A stretch of DNA of 64,000 nucleotides. Origin: Podarcis filfolensis (taxonomy: Eukaryota). The notes beneath the pieces are model-generated. The model saw nothing but the letters and a program-made list of their open reading frames with translations. It had not been told where the DNA came from and did no database searches. The stretch lies in NCBI GenBank assembly GCA_964270895.1, contig OZ185440.1; one strand, written 5' to 3'. Of the stretch, positions 11,498 through 22,094 are shown one piece after another. Every line of letters begins with the position of its first letter. The stretch's first letter is position 1. Both the position numbers and the translations under genes were made by a program.

Positions 11498-14400
11498 TTA
11501 TATTATACCTACTGTAGTTTTGTCATTTCCCAAGGTCAATTCCATGTATGAGAGAAATTTATTCCAATCATTAATAAATTTGGTATTCTTCTGTTGCCTG
11601 ATCTTCTGTGTCATCATTGCTATATCCATGTATTCAATTAATTTAGTTTGCCATTCGCTAATAGTTGGAACATTAGCTATTCTCCAATTCTTTGCTAACA
11701 ATGTCCTTGCGGATACTGTTGCATATTGAAAGAGAGTTTGGTCGTCTCTTCTAATTTCTTCCCCCACCATTCCTAAAAGGAATGCCTCGGGTTTTTTGGG
11801 AAAGGTATACTTTAGGATCTTTTTTAACTCATCATAAACCAGCCCCCAGAACCTTTTAACTTCTTCGCAGGACCACCACATATGAAAGAAGTCTCCCTCC
11901 TTCCTCTTACATTTCCAGCAAGTCTTATCCCCGGCTTTATACATTTTAGCTAATTTCGTTGGCGTGATGTACCACCGGTACATCATCTTTTCCATGTTTT
12001 CCCGGAGTCTGACACAAGCTGAAAATTTCATATCTTTATTCCACAATTTTGTCCACCTTTCATATTCTATGGGGTGTCCTAGGTCTATGGCCCACTTAAC
12101 CATAACTTCTTTGATTTCCTCATCCATTGTGTCCCAATCTAATAACTGGTTATACATTTTCGTTAACAGTTTAGACTTTCCCTCTATTATTTCTAGCTGG
12201 AACTTGGATTTGTTCTTACTCATTCCGATTTTTTTATGTTCCCTCCAAACAGCATTAATTTGGTGATACTGCATCCACCCCACTAGTTTATCCTTTAATT
12301 CCTCGTAAGGTCTGACTTCCCAACCTTTGTCTGTTCTTCTCAGGAGATCGGCGTAGGTCCACCTTTTACCTTCCATGTTTAGTTTTTTAGTTACTAGGAT
12401 GTCAATAGGTGACAGCCACCATGGGGTGTCCTTTTCTACTAAGCTTTTACATCTGTTCCACACCTCCAGCAGCGCACCTCTTATGATATGGTTGGAAAAA
12501 CCTTTGTGGACTCTCCCTTTCTCCTGCCATAAATACGCATGCCACCCGAACCTAGCATCGAATCCCTCTAAATCCAATAAGTCGGTATTATCTAACGTTA
12601 TCCATTCCTTGATCCAGCAGAGGCATGAAGCCTCATAGTATAATTGCAGGTTCGGTACTGCGAAACCGCCTCTCTCTCTTCTATCAGTGAGCAGCTTATA
12701 CTTAATTCTGGCCCTTTTACCTTGCCAGATAAATCTGGACAAGGTCTTCTGCCAGTCTTTAAACATGGTTGTGCCCCTAATTACTGGAATGTTTTGGAAT
12801 AGGAATATCATTCTCGGCAAGATATTCATTTTAATGGCGGCCATTCTCCCTTCCCATGAGAGTTGTAATCTACTCCAGCTGTCTAGGTCCCTTTTGCATT
12901 CTCTCCAAGTTTTATTATAGTTATCCTCCACCAAGTTTATATTTTTCGGGGTAATCCAAATACCCAGATATTTAACCTTTTTCGATACTTTTATCCCAGA
13001 TTGCAGCTCTATTTTATTTTTTAGTTGTTCGTCTAGGTTTTTTATCAGGACCTTTGTTTTAGTTTTATTTAGTTTGAACCCGGATACCCTACCAAACGCC
13101 TCCATTACCTCAATAACTGTGTTTATCCCTTTTATGGGATCTTCTATTGAGACTACTAGGTCGTCGGCATAAGCTTTTACCTTATATTCTTTTGTACCTA
13201 TTTTGATCCCTCTTATTTCCGGCGTTCCTCTTATTTTATTTAGTATAACTTCCAAGACCATAATGAATAACAGGGGTGATAAAGGGCACCCTTGTCTTGT
13301 GCCTTTGGTGATCATGAATGAGTTTGTCAGGTTACTATTAACTATTAATTTCGCTCTTTGAGTTGAGTAAATCGACCTTATGCCTTCCAGAAATGGTCCT
13401 CTTATTCCTACGTTCTCCATACATTTTATAAGGAAGTGCCAGGATACGTTATCAAAAGCCTTCTCGGCATCTATGAAAATTAGGGCAGCGGGGATCTCAT
13501 TCCTGAATTCCAAATATTCAATTATGTTGACTATATGCCTTACGTTATCTTTTATCTGTCTGCCAGGCAGGAATCCGGCTTGGTCTTTGTGGATCGCTCT
13601 GTTCAAATATTTCTTTAGCCTACTTGCCATTATTCCTGCGAAAATCTTATAGTCATTATTAAGCAGTGATATTGGTCTATAGTTTTTTATCTCAAGTATA
13701 TCTGAGTCTGCTTTCGGTATTACCGTAATATATGCCTCTCTCCAGGAATCAGGAATTTCCCCCCCTTGTAGGATGTTATTAATTACATTACACAATACCG
13801 GGGCCAGATGTTCCTCTAAGGTTTTATAATATTTTTGAGACAGGCCATCTGGGCCTGGGGCCTTCCCCGGTTTCATTTTCTTAATTGCATCCCTGACTTC
13901 TTCCACCGTTATTGGTTCATTTAGAAGTGCCTTTTCTTCTTCTGTTAGTTGTTCCCCTCCACTCCTTTCTAAATATCTTCCGATCTCATTTATATCTTCA
14001 TCTTCCCTCTTTTTATACAGAGTTTCGTAGTATTGGAGGAATTTCTCCTTTATCTCATTTGGGTCTTCTGATATTTGATCTTCCAATTTAATTTTATTGA
14101 TTACTCTTTGCTTTTTCCTTTTTCTCAATTGCCATGCTAATAGCTTACCTGTTTTGTTTGCAGACTCAAAGTATTTTTGTTTCATCATTCTCATTCCCCA
14201 TTCTATTTCATAATTTAACAATGTTGAATATTGAGTTTGTAGTAATTTACCGAGTTTTTTGGTCTTCTCGTCTCCAGGGTTTTTTGTTAATTTTATCTCT
14301 ATTTCCTTTAATTGTTTGACTATTTCCTCTTTCTTTGCCTCTCTTAAGTTTTTTCTGTATTTATTCTGTTGGATCAGGAAACCTCTGAGCACTGCTTTAC

Positions 14401-15253
14401 TCGCATCCCAGACCACATCAATTTTAGTTTCTTTATTTAGATTTTGGTCAAAATACTCTTTCAAGATATTCTTTGCCTTAGCGATAGTCTCCTCCTGTTC
14501 CAGCAAGTAGTCGTTCATTCTCCATCTATAAGGTCCTGAAGGCTTACACTTTATTTCCAGATAGATTGGATTATGGTCCGAGAGTGTTCTGGGCTCTATT
14601 TCACATTTCAGCGACCTTGTCGAAAGCTCTCTGGAGACCCAAATCTGGTCTATTCTTCCCCAGCTTTGGTGAACTCCTGAAAAATATGTAAACTGCTTTC
14701 CTGTGGGGTTTTTAAACCTCCAAATATCAATCAAATCTAAGTTTTCTTGGAGGTCATCAAAGGTTTTGGGGAGTTTACCCTGATTCCCTTTCCTTCTTTT
14801 TTCACTTCTATCTATCTCGGGTTCCGGGACTCCATTCAGGTCACCTAATACAATTAAATTGTGGTTTTCCAGTTCTAATAGCACTTTTTCCAATTTCCTA
14901 AAAAACTCTGTTTTGTTTGTGTTGGGGGCGTAAACTGTTACTACGTTAATTCTTTTCCCTTGGTGTGTAATCTGTACTCCCAAGATCCTCCCTTCCTCAT
15001 CTTTGCAGATTAATTTGGGTTCCAATACCTCTTTCACATAGATTACCAACCCTCTCTTTTTGTTCACATCTGAGTTTATAAATTCCGTTCCTAATTTTTT
15101 ATTAACCAATATGTGTTTATGTTTTTTCGCAACATGCGTCTCTTGGCAGCAAACCACATCACATTTTTTATTTTTCAAAACTTTCTCTATTTTATTCCTT
15201 TTTGACTTTTCATTTAGACCATTAACATTCCACGTTAGAAAAGTTAAAGACAT
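11498..15253 (-). CDS. L1 ORF2p: APE endonuclease + reverse transcriptase + CCHC knuckle (1251 aa)
   Basis: Uninterrupted ORF. EN motifs TWNVNGL, CQETH, GDLN, RIDQ, SDHNP; RT motifs DAEKAFD, GTRQGCPLSPLLF, YADD; C-terminal CWKC...HMWWSC. Confidence 0.98.
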   Translation of the reverse strand: MSLTFLTWNVNGLNEKSKRNKIEKVLKNKKCDVVCCQETHVAKKHKHILVNKKLGTEFINSDVNKKRGLVIYVKEVLEPKLICKDEEGRILGVQITHQGKRINVVTVYAPNTNKTEFFRKLEKVLLELENHNLIVLGDLNGVPEPEIDRSEKRRKGNQGKLPKTFDDLQENLDLIDIWRFKNPTGKQFTYFSGVHQSWGRIDQIWVSRELSTRSLKCEIEPRTLSDHNPIYLEIKCKPSGPYRWRMNDYLLEQEETIAKAKNILKEYFDQNLNKETKIDVVWDASKAVLRGFLIQQNKYRKNLREAKKEEIVKQLKEIEIKLTKNPGDEKTKKLGKLLQTQYSTLLNYEIEWGMRMMKQKYFESANKTGKLLAWQLRKRKKQRVINKIKLEDQISEDPNEIKEKFLQYYETLYKKREDEDINEIGRYLERSGGEQLTEEEKALLNEPITVEEVRDAIKKMKPGKAPGPDGLSQKYYKTLEEHLAPVLCNVINNILQGGEIPDSWREAYITVIPKADSDILEIKNYRPISLLNNDYKIFAGIMASRLKKYLNRAIHKDQAGFLPGRQIKDNVRHIVNIIEYLEFRNEIPAALIFIDAEKAFDNVSWHFLIKCMENVGIRGPFLEGIRSIYSTQRAKLIVNSNLTNSFMITKGTRQGCPLSPLLFIMVLEVILNKIRGTPEIRGIKIGTKEYKVKAYADDLVVSIEDPIKGINTVIEVMEAFGRVSGFKLNKTKTKVLIKNLDEQLKNKIELQSGIKVSKKVKYLGIWITPKNINLVEDNYNKTWRECKRDLDSWSRLQLSWEGRMAAIKMNILPRMIFLFQNIPVIRGTTMFKDWQKTLSRFIWQGKRARIKYKLLTDRRERGGFAVPNLQLYYEASCLCWIKEWITLDNTDLLDLEGFDARFGWHAYLWQEKGRVHKGFSNHIIRGALLEVWNRCKSLVEKDTPWWLSPIDILVTKKLNMEGKRWTYADLLRRTDKGWEVRPYEELKDKLVGWMQYHQINAVWREHKKIGMSKNKSKFQLEIIEGKSKLLTKMYNQLLDWDTMDEEIKEVMVKWAIDLGHPIEYERWTKLWNKDMKFSACVRLRENMEKMMYRWYITPTKLAKMYKAGDKTCWKCKRKEGDFFHMWWSCEEVKRFWGLVYDELKKILKYTFPKKPEAFLLGMVGEEIRRDDQTLFQYATVSARTLLAKNWRIANVPTISEWQTKLIEYMDIAMMTQKIRQQKNTKFINDWNKFLSYMELTLGNDKTTVGII

Positions 15254-15287
15254 TGCTAAAATTAAATATCAGGTTTATTTCTAACTT

Positions 15288-16322
15288 TCAGTTCCTTACT
15301 TCTTCCTCTTCTTCGGTGTTCTCCTCCTCCTCCGCCTCACCTTCCTCCTCCTCCACCCCTCCATCTCCCTCTCCCTCCCCCCCTCGCCGCCCTGTTCCTC
15401 CCCCCTCTTCAGCTCTCTCACCTCCCATATCCCTTCTATCTTTTATTCTATCCTCCTTTTTGCCCAGCTCTCTCTCGTACCTTCTTAGGAACTTTTCTAC
15501 CTCTAATGGGTTGGTCAGTTTAAACTTCTTGTCCTTAAAAAAGAAGGCAATTCCTTCGGGAAATTCCCACCTAAATTGAATATTGTTCCTTCTCAAAACC
15601 CCTGTTATGTGTCTATATCCCTCCCTCCTACGTAATAGTCTAACTGGGATCTCTTTAAGGACAATTATTGGTCTAGCGCCTATTATTAATTTTTTGTGAT
15701 AACTAGTTTTAAGTATCAAGTTCCTCATTCCTATTGAGTTGAATATTACTAAGCAATCCCCGAGGGGTTTCTTAGCCCTGTTCTGGTATGTTTTTATTTT
15801 AATTCTATAGGCGTTGTCTATCGTGTATGCGACCTCCTCCTCCTTCATCTCTAACCACTTGGCTAATTCCTTGGTTATTCTCTCCCTGATGTTCTCATTT
15901 GTTTCCTCCTCTATACCTCTAAATTTTAAATGCATTTGTCTTTGTCGCATTTCCGTCATTGCAATACTGTCCCATATCTGTTCCTGTGTCTTATTCAGTT
16001 CTCGCATTTCCTCCTTCACTTTTTCCGTCTCCCTTTTCTGTTCTCTCATGTCTTTTTGGATTTTTTTGTTAGTTTCCTCAAATGTCTTAGTTTTGACTGT
16101 TAACTCTTGGACTTTATTCGCAAGTTCCCCTATTGCATCCTCTATTCTCCTATCTATCCTCTCTTGTAATTCCTCTAGTTTATTTTCTATATGGTTTTCG
16201 TTCTGTTTAAATTCCTCCTTGATTTTTGACCACAAAAAATCCAAATCTTTGATTTCTTCCTGTCTTGATCCTTTCCTTTCACCTGGAGTCCCTCCTCCCC
16301 TCCTCCCGTTCTTCCCCTGCAT
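15288..16322 (-). CDS. L1 ORF1p (344 aa): coiled coil, RRM/CTD-like region, Gly/Arg-rich then acidic tail
   Basis: Open ORF directly upstream of ORF2; heptad-rich helical N-half, LKFRGIEE RRM start, LRRNNIQFRWEFP CTD-like motif. Confidence 0.93.
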   Translation of the reverse strand: MQGKNGRRGGGTPGERKGSRQEEIKDLDFLWSKIKEEFKQNENHIENKLEELQERIDRRIEDAIGELANKVQELTVKTKTFEETNKKIQKDMREQKRETEKVKEEMRELNKTQEQIWDSIAMTEMRQRQMHLKFRGIEEETNENIRERITKELAKWLEMKEEEVAYTIDNAYRIKIKTYQNRAKKPLGDCLVIFNSIGMRNLILKTSYHKKLIIGARPIIVLKEIPVRLLRRREGYRHITGVLRRNNIQFRWEFPEGIAFFFKDKKFKLTNPLEVEKFLRRYERELGKKEDRIKDRRDMGGERAEEGGGTGRRGGEGEGDGGVEEEEGEAEEEENTEEEEEVRN

Positions 16323-17599
16323 TTTAATCTTAATTAACCGCTGTGGTTTTTGAGGTGGTTCTCTCCCTTTAAGGGCTCACACTCTATTTGTTCTCACTCT
16401 AAAGCCCGTAAATCCTTTCTGGGGGGTTTCTCTGGCCACAGTAGGTGGTCTCCCCCAGTCCACTTCCCCCTCCTTTGTGTCTAAGTTATTGTATCTATCC
16501 TCTTTTCCATTTAGACCACAAATTCCTTTAATTAGGTCGACGATGGGGGGGATCAGGGTGGTTGTAGTATATCACAGTCTTATCCAAGTGGAGTGAGTAG
16601 TTCAGTTCTCCAATTAAGGTAGTTATCCCAATTGAAGATTCCAACTGCGTTGGGTATCTTTTCCCAGCTACGTCAGGGTTCTCCAGTTTCTCCCAGTCCT
16701 TCAAAGAGGTCTTCAATCTCTCTCAGTCCTTCAGGGAGATCTCTACCTTTTTCCAATCTTATCCCCTTTCTCTCTCCCCAATTAGGGGCTTAATGGGGCG
16801 TTAAATAACCAGTAACCAATAACCAATAACGTGGCGTTAAGTACCCAATAGCCAAGTGTCCAAATCTCATCTAGTTGTCAATCTACCTATGCACATATTC
16901 AGGAAATCGGTGGGTTCTATTAATGAGAGGGGGGAGCTTGGCAATATGGGGTTTACCGTTTAGATAAAAAAAAACCGGGCGGGGGGAGTGAGCGTCCCTG
17001 TAAATAAAAAAAACTGTAAGGGGAAGGAACACAGTAAAAAAAGAAAAAAGCGCAATTCAAGTAATGTGTGGGGGGGGCGGAAGGAAAGGGGGTAATCAGT
17101 ACACAAAGCACAGAACACAAATCAAAACACAAATCAAAACACAAATCAGTACACAGTGCACACTATACAATGACCAGTCTAGACCGTCCAATCCGCCAGA
17201 GCAGGTAGTTCGCCAAATAGAAGTCTCAAATCAAATGTCCTTACTAAATGAGAGACCTTTATCAATTATCAAAAGTAAGTGTCTACGGGAATCGCCGCAT
17301 TAATCTATTTATCCCCTCTGCGCACTCTTTGTTCCTTGTCTTCTAGGAGTGTTTCCTCTGCAGCGTTTATTGCTACGTATACTTAGTAGCATGCAGTTGG
17401 GGATCCTCCAAACAAAAAAGATCAAGCAGCAGTCCCAAAAGCAGTCTCATATCGTAAACCAATCCAACTAAGCAAATAACGAACTCAGGCAAACAGTACT
17501 AAACCTTTTGAAGCGTTCTGTGTATAAGATTAACTTTTAAACCAGTCTATGTCTACGAATTTCACTTCACTTGTCCAAAAAAAGACTCTCATCGTTTCG

Positions 17600-18105
17600 T
17601 GCATACACAGCACGGCTGTTATGAAATGTAGAGGGCTACTACGGGCTGCCCCCCTTCCTGACTACCGACGATTTCACAGCCTGCGCCATTTTCTGCTCTC
17701 CTTCGGGTGGGGTCCATACACGAAATCTATTGCAGCCCGGACTCACCCATCTGTAGGAATCTTTGATATTGCCCAGGAACAACAACGATGGGGATTCCGT
17801 TTTTAAAACTTGACGGTTCGTCGCTTTACTCGGTGGGAGCTTGAGGCATCGTAGCTCGGAGACGGAGTTCTCCCTATTTGCGCCCGCAGCTCCTCCCTGC
17901 GCTTCCTCCCCATACAGGGGGCCACAGCAATGAGTCGCCGCTCCCGCGCTGCCGGGAATCCTTCCACCAGGGGCTCCCCCCCTGGGTTTCCGCTTTTTTG
18001 GGGGGCGCAGTGCCCTTGCGACTCCCCCGAATCTCCAAGTTACTCGGAAAGCTCTTAACGTAGCTTTCCGCGCTCCCTCTCCGACCGCGACCGGAACCGG
18101 AAGTC
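17600..18105 (-). promoter_or_regulatory. CpG-rich internal promoter region of the L1 5'UTR
   Basis: CpG-dense; tandem ETS-like CCGGAA-CCGGAAGT at 18091-18104; YY1-like CGCCATTTT at 17684-92. Function is inferred. Confidence 0.6.
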
Positions 18106-18120
18106 GCCAATCCTCTTTTT
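18106..18120 (+). repeat. L1 target-site duplication, right copy
   Basis: Identical to 11222-11236. Confidence 0.95.
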
Positions 18121-19088
18121 AAAGTTAAGACTCATATACAACTTCCTCACAGGATGAAACACATCTGAATAGGATTGCAGTGCCCCTTCTCTGTATGTCA
18201 TAATTCTGAATCATATTCATTCTACACATTTTCTTCCTTCCTTATTACTAAGTAGCCAATTTCCAAACAAAACGATGGTCTTGAGAAGGACAGCAAAGAG
18301 GAGGAATGGTAGTTATAGACTGACTCCTATTCAGTCAATGGGCATTCTCTTGCATATCTTATTAATTCCAACGGCCTGTCTCTAGATTGTTATATCAGTG
18401 GTTTGGCAGCGCTGTTTTCATTGTGAGTTTGTTACTTTTTTCTGCCCATTACAGCTTTTATTTAATGGAGTGCATAACCTGGTTAATTTTTAACATGTGC
18501 TCTAGGCTAACAGGGGGTATATTTTAACCAAGAGACCAGTTTATTTTTTTTTTTGAAAAACCTCAAAACTGGAGGAGTGGGATGAAAGAAATGTTTCACA
18601 AGCTCTGGACATAGTTGTGGATTTGGATAAGTAATGTATAGACAGAATCCAGGCTTATATAACAATAATTCACTAACAATTAAATCATAGCAAGGCTTTA
18701 TTACTTCCATACTACAGTTTTGGTTGATTGTCAATATATTTCTCTCCCCCCCCCCCCAATGTCCTTTAAACCTTTGGTACTCAGCATTTCCTATCATGAA
18801 TGTTGCAAAAGGAAAAACAAACTGCATTGATGGGCATGAGCTTGTGACATAGTGAATTAAATGATTTAAAGGAGGAACTGCTTACATCTCCTACGGAAAA
18901 CCCAAAGGCCTAAGACTTCCAGAGTTAAGCACACACTTTCCTGCCCTCCCCTCATAGCTTTATGTTAATACTCTTCGTAGCTATGTAGAAAGATACTCTG
19001 ATGAGTCTCATCCACATGAACACTAGTAAAACACTGGAAGGTGACTAAATATCATGGCTACATACAACATATTGTCTACAAACTTTAC

Positions 19089-19223
19089 CTCTAGAAGTTC
19101 ATCCTCCAACTGCAATAAACCGAGTTTGGCAATCGGACCATCAGGAGCTATTGAAGATATATAATGATGTCCTTCAAATGTATCCAGTTCCACCCCCAGT
19201 CTCATTGTGTGAATAGGTAGGAG
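19089..19223 (-). CDS. PATJ: PATJ coding exon 14 (PDZ4 N-terminal half)
   Basis: 135 nt, [49 protein letters not shown]. Confidence 0.95.
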
Positions 19224-20268
19224 CTGTTGAAAACAAAGTAATGTGTGAGTAAGTAGCAGCTGTTAAAAAAACAAAATGTATGGTATTTTATCAGCTTTTC
19301 CAGCGACTTGGACCTCTAGGGAGAGGGCCTCTTGGGAGCATGCTAGATGACAGAAGTCAATTGATAGATTTGGAGAACTTAAATATCTCAAAACAAGGGT
19401 CATAGACTACACCTCAGCAGTGTTATCTATAGCTTCAGCAGTTTTATTGCTTAATGTCTAATGGCTGCATTCAGACATCACATTAAACTATGGTTCAGTG
19501 AAACATGAACCTCCACCTGTGTTTGCATGCTCGACCTTCCCCTCTCCACCTCCCATGCAGCCAGAAGGAGGAGTTGACAAAATGTGGTTAATACTGTGAG
19601 ATTCAAACAATCCAACTCTGGTTTCTGAAGGAGGTTTGTTTCAAATAATCATAATAAATGTTTCCCACAGCTCCAGGTTTGGACAAGATGGCAAAGTGGC
19701 AGAAAATCAAAAGCAGAAGCCAATGCCCATCACCTAAAAATCTCAGATGATCAGGGAAGTTATATGTTTATTTAGGCTGATGAGATGTAGTTGGTCAAAT
19801 GAAATCCAGCAAAGCAAGTTGGCATTGGTCTGTCCTTTTGCAGATTGCATACTAACTTTGTGTAGCTTCTTACAGTAAAGTCTACACTACAGCCTGTGTT
19901 GCTCCCAGTTGGTAGTCAAGGTGAAGGTTTGATTCCCCAAAAAATGTTTCTGGCTCGCATTATTCAACAACTCCTGTCCTAGCAATCAATAAGCCAAGAC
20001 ATTGGCACAAAGCATTTCAAAGAGCAAAGCTGCTAAATACAGCACTTGACATCTAACCAATATATTTAATTCTGCACAGACTATCATTTGACAAAAGAAG
20101 GACAGAATAGCTTCTTGGGACAAATTCACGTCCAGCACATAAAGAGAGATATAAACCCGGAATTTGCCCAAAATTTCAAATATAGTAAGTTCTAAGTGGG
20201 TGATTCATACCTATATCTATTTACACTCCTAGCATGTTACAGAAATAGAAAAAGGGACGACTCAATAC

Positions 20269-20325
20269 CTTTGAATATTTCTGCAGCTCAGCATCATCTG
20301 TGATTGGCATGTCCACAGTTGAAAC
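20269..20325 (-). CDS. PATJ: PATJ coding exon 13
   Basis: 57 nt, AG/GT, VSTVDMPITDDAELQKYSK. Confidence 0.93.
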
Positions 20326-20879
20326 CTAAAGATTTAAAAGGAGAGATTCCATGGGTACTCATTAAAGCATTATATTTATTTCAAAGTCAGTGAGCTAAAC
20401 AAAGTAAGTGTACAACAGATGTAAAATAGATAAATCACAGCAATGCCCCTTTGTGGAGAGGAGCGAGAATGCTGATCATTCTACATGTACGTTACTAGGA
20501 CAGTGGTGTATGGATACAGTTGTGCTGCTCCTATAAACATAAGAATATGACCCTACAGGTCTTTTTCATGGTCTGGGCACATCTGAAGGTGCAGCACGGC
20601 TAACACAAAACAGGTGTGGATCTAGTCAGCACCTTGGATGAGGGACGACCAGGGACCCCATGTAAAATAAGGATATCATAACTATTTCTTTTAAACCTCC
20701 TTGAAACAAACAATCATACCAGCAGTAATTCTGGAATGTCAATGCATTGCCAGCGGTGGTTGAAACTGAATTCACACACAATTTTACTTGAGAGATTGCT
20801 TGCATAGAGATTAAATTGCATTAGAGCCTAAATGTGCGGAGATTAAATGAGAGGTATCACGGTGTGTTGTACTGTACAC

Positions 20880-21110
20880 TTTGCTCATCAGACCCTACCC
20901 CCCCACCACCATCAGAAACACAAGTGGGACAGGGCCTTTTCAGCTGTGTCACCAAAATCTGGAACAGCCTCTGAAGAGAGATGTCTGCTGGGACCTCTTG
21001 CTGCTCATTTTCAGACAAGACTATTTTACTTCAGAAATTTAGATAATAACAGCACTTTAACATTGTGCATTGTTTTAATAATCTGTAAAGTGCCCAGAAT
21101 ATTTGTAAGG
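20880..21110 (+). mobile_element. L2-type LINE 3' fragment
   Basis: cagggccttttcagctgtgtcaccaaaatctggaacagcctc... resembles the L2 3' ends at 27215 and 37905. Confidence 0.55.
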
Positions 21111-22094
21111 CAGATATAATACTGATAATTAAATTAATGATGCTACTTCCTCATCAGGTATGGTTTCAAAAAGCTACTTACAACTCCCTGTAAAACTACT
21201 GTCTGACTTCAGTCATGGGGTTAGGAAAATAATTGACTAGTTTCATATATATATACTGTATTTAAAAAGGGCAGACAAAACCTGAGTATTATGGGGTCAC
21301 CTTAATTGCTTTCAAAAAGTCCAATCAACTATAGAGCATTATTTATTGGAAGAGAAAGCTCTTAGTTGATCATTGAAATAAAAGGAGAAATATCTAGTGA
21401 ATAGCTAGCAGCACTAAGAAATAGTTTGAATTGATCAGATGGGGTTAAGACAACTCCAATTCTTTATCGCCTGCACTGGCAATCAATTTGCATCTCAGTT
21501 CAATTTGAAGTGCTTTTGACATTTAAAACTCTATATGGCCTTGGACTGCAATATTTTAAGAATTGCCTCCACACGTACGAATCTGCCTGACAGCCGCGAT
21601 TGGGGGAATTATGGAAGGGTGGTGGCAGAAAGGACGTGGACCTTTTAAATTGTGGTGCCAAGACAGCAATACCCTTCTAAAGGAAGATCATCTGGCACCA
21701 TCAAACTCCCTGGCACTTTGGCAGACAATGCCATCACTCCTGCTGTGAAAAATATTCCCAGAGGTGCATTCTCTTACAGTCCCCCTTGACTACATCACTG
21801 AAACAAAGCCTTTCCTTTACTAGCGAACATCTTCCGGTATCACTCTTTGAACTTTGATTGCTGCTGTTGCATCTTCTAATGGTATATTTCACACCATTCT
21901 CGTCTTTGGTAATAACATTTTACTCAACATTCTAAATGTTGCGTTTTGTTTACTACCTTCAGTGTTTGGGGTTTTGTTTTGTTTTTTAAGTTGTAGCTAG
22001 AAATGCAGAAGATAATCACCCTCGTTAATTTGTAAAGAATATTAAACTTACACTAAATATATATCACAGAAACAAACGTATATGAACAGCATAC

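Larger units (their letters stand above)
11237..18105 (-). mobile_element. Full-length L1 (LINE-1 clade) retrotransposon, about 6.87 kb
   Basis: 5' end GACTTCCGG at 18105; 1783-bp 5'UTR; ORF1; 34-nt linker; ORF2; about 240-nt 3'UTR; AATAAA at 11272-77; poly(A) seen as T run 11232-11256; perfect 15-bp TSD; empty site TTTTT/AAAG matches the L1 endonuclease consensus. Confidence 0.97.

Noticed and set aside
15814-16353. 179-aa plus-strand ORF, plus other plus-strand ORFs over L1 ORF1 and ORF2
   Set aside because: Antisense shadows of purine-rich L1 coding sequence (S/F/L-rich); no independent coding evidence.
16528-16790. Protein-looking frames in the L1 5'UTR (DLPEGLREIEDLFEGLGE; 62-aa TTG ORF)
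   Set aside because: No ATG, short, bounded by stops, and explained by a diverged 22-bp tandem duplication.
17874-18110. 78-aa minus ORF at the L1 5' end
   Set aside because: Its start is a TTG inside the TSD, outside the element.
19777-19810. CTGATGA...GAAA hammerhead-like spacing
   Set aside because: No helix II closing next to GAAA and no helix I/III pairing; chance match.
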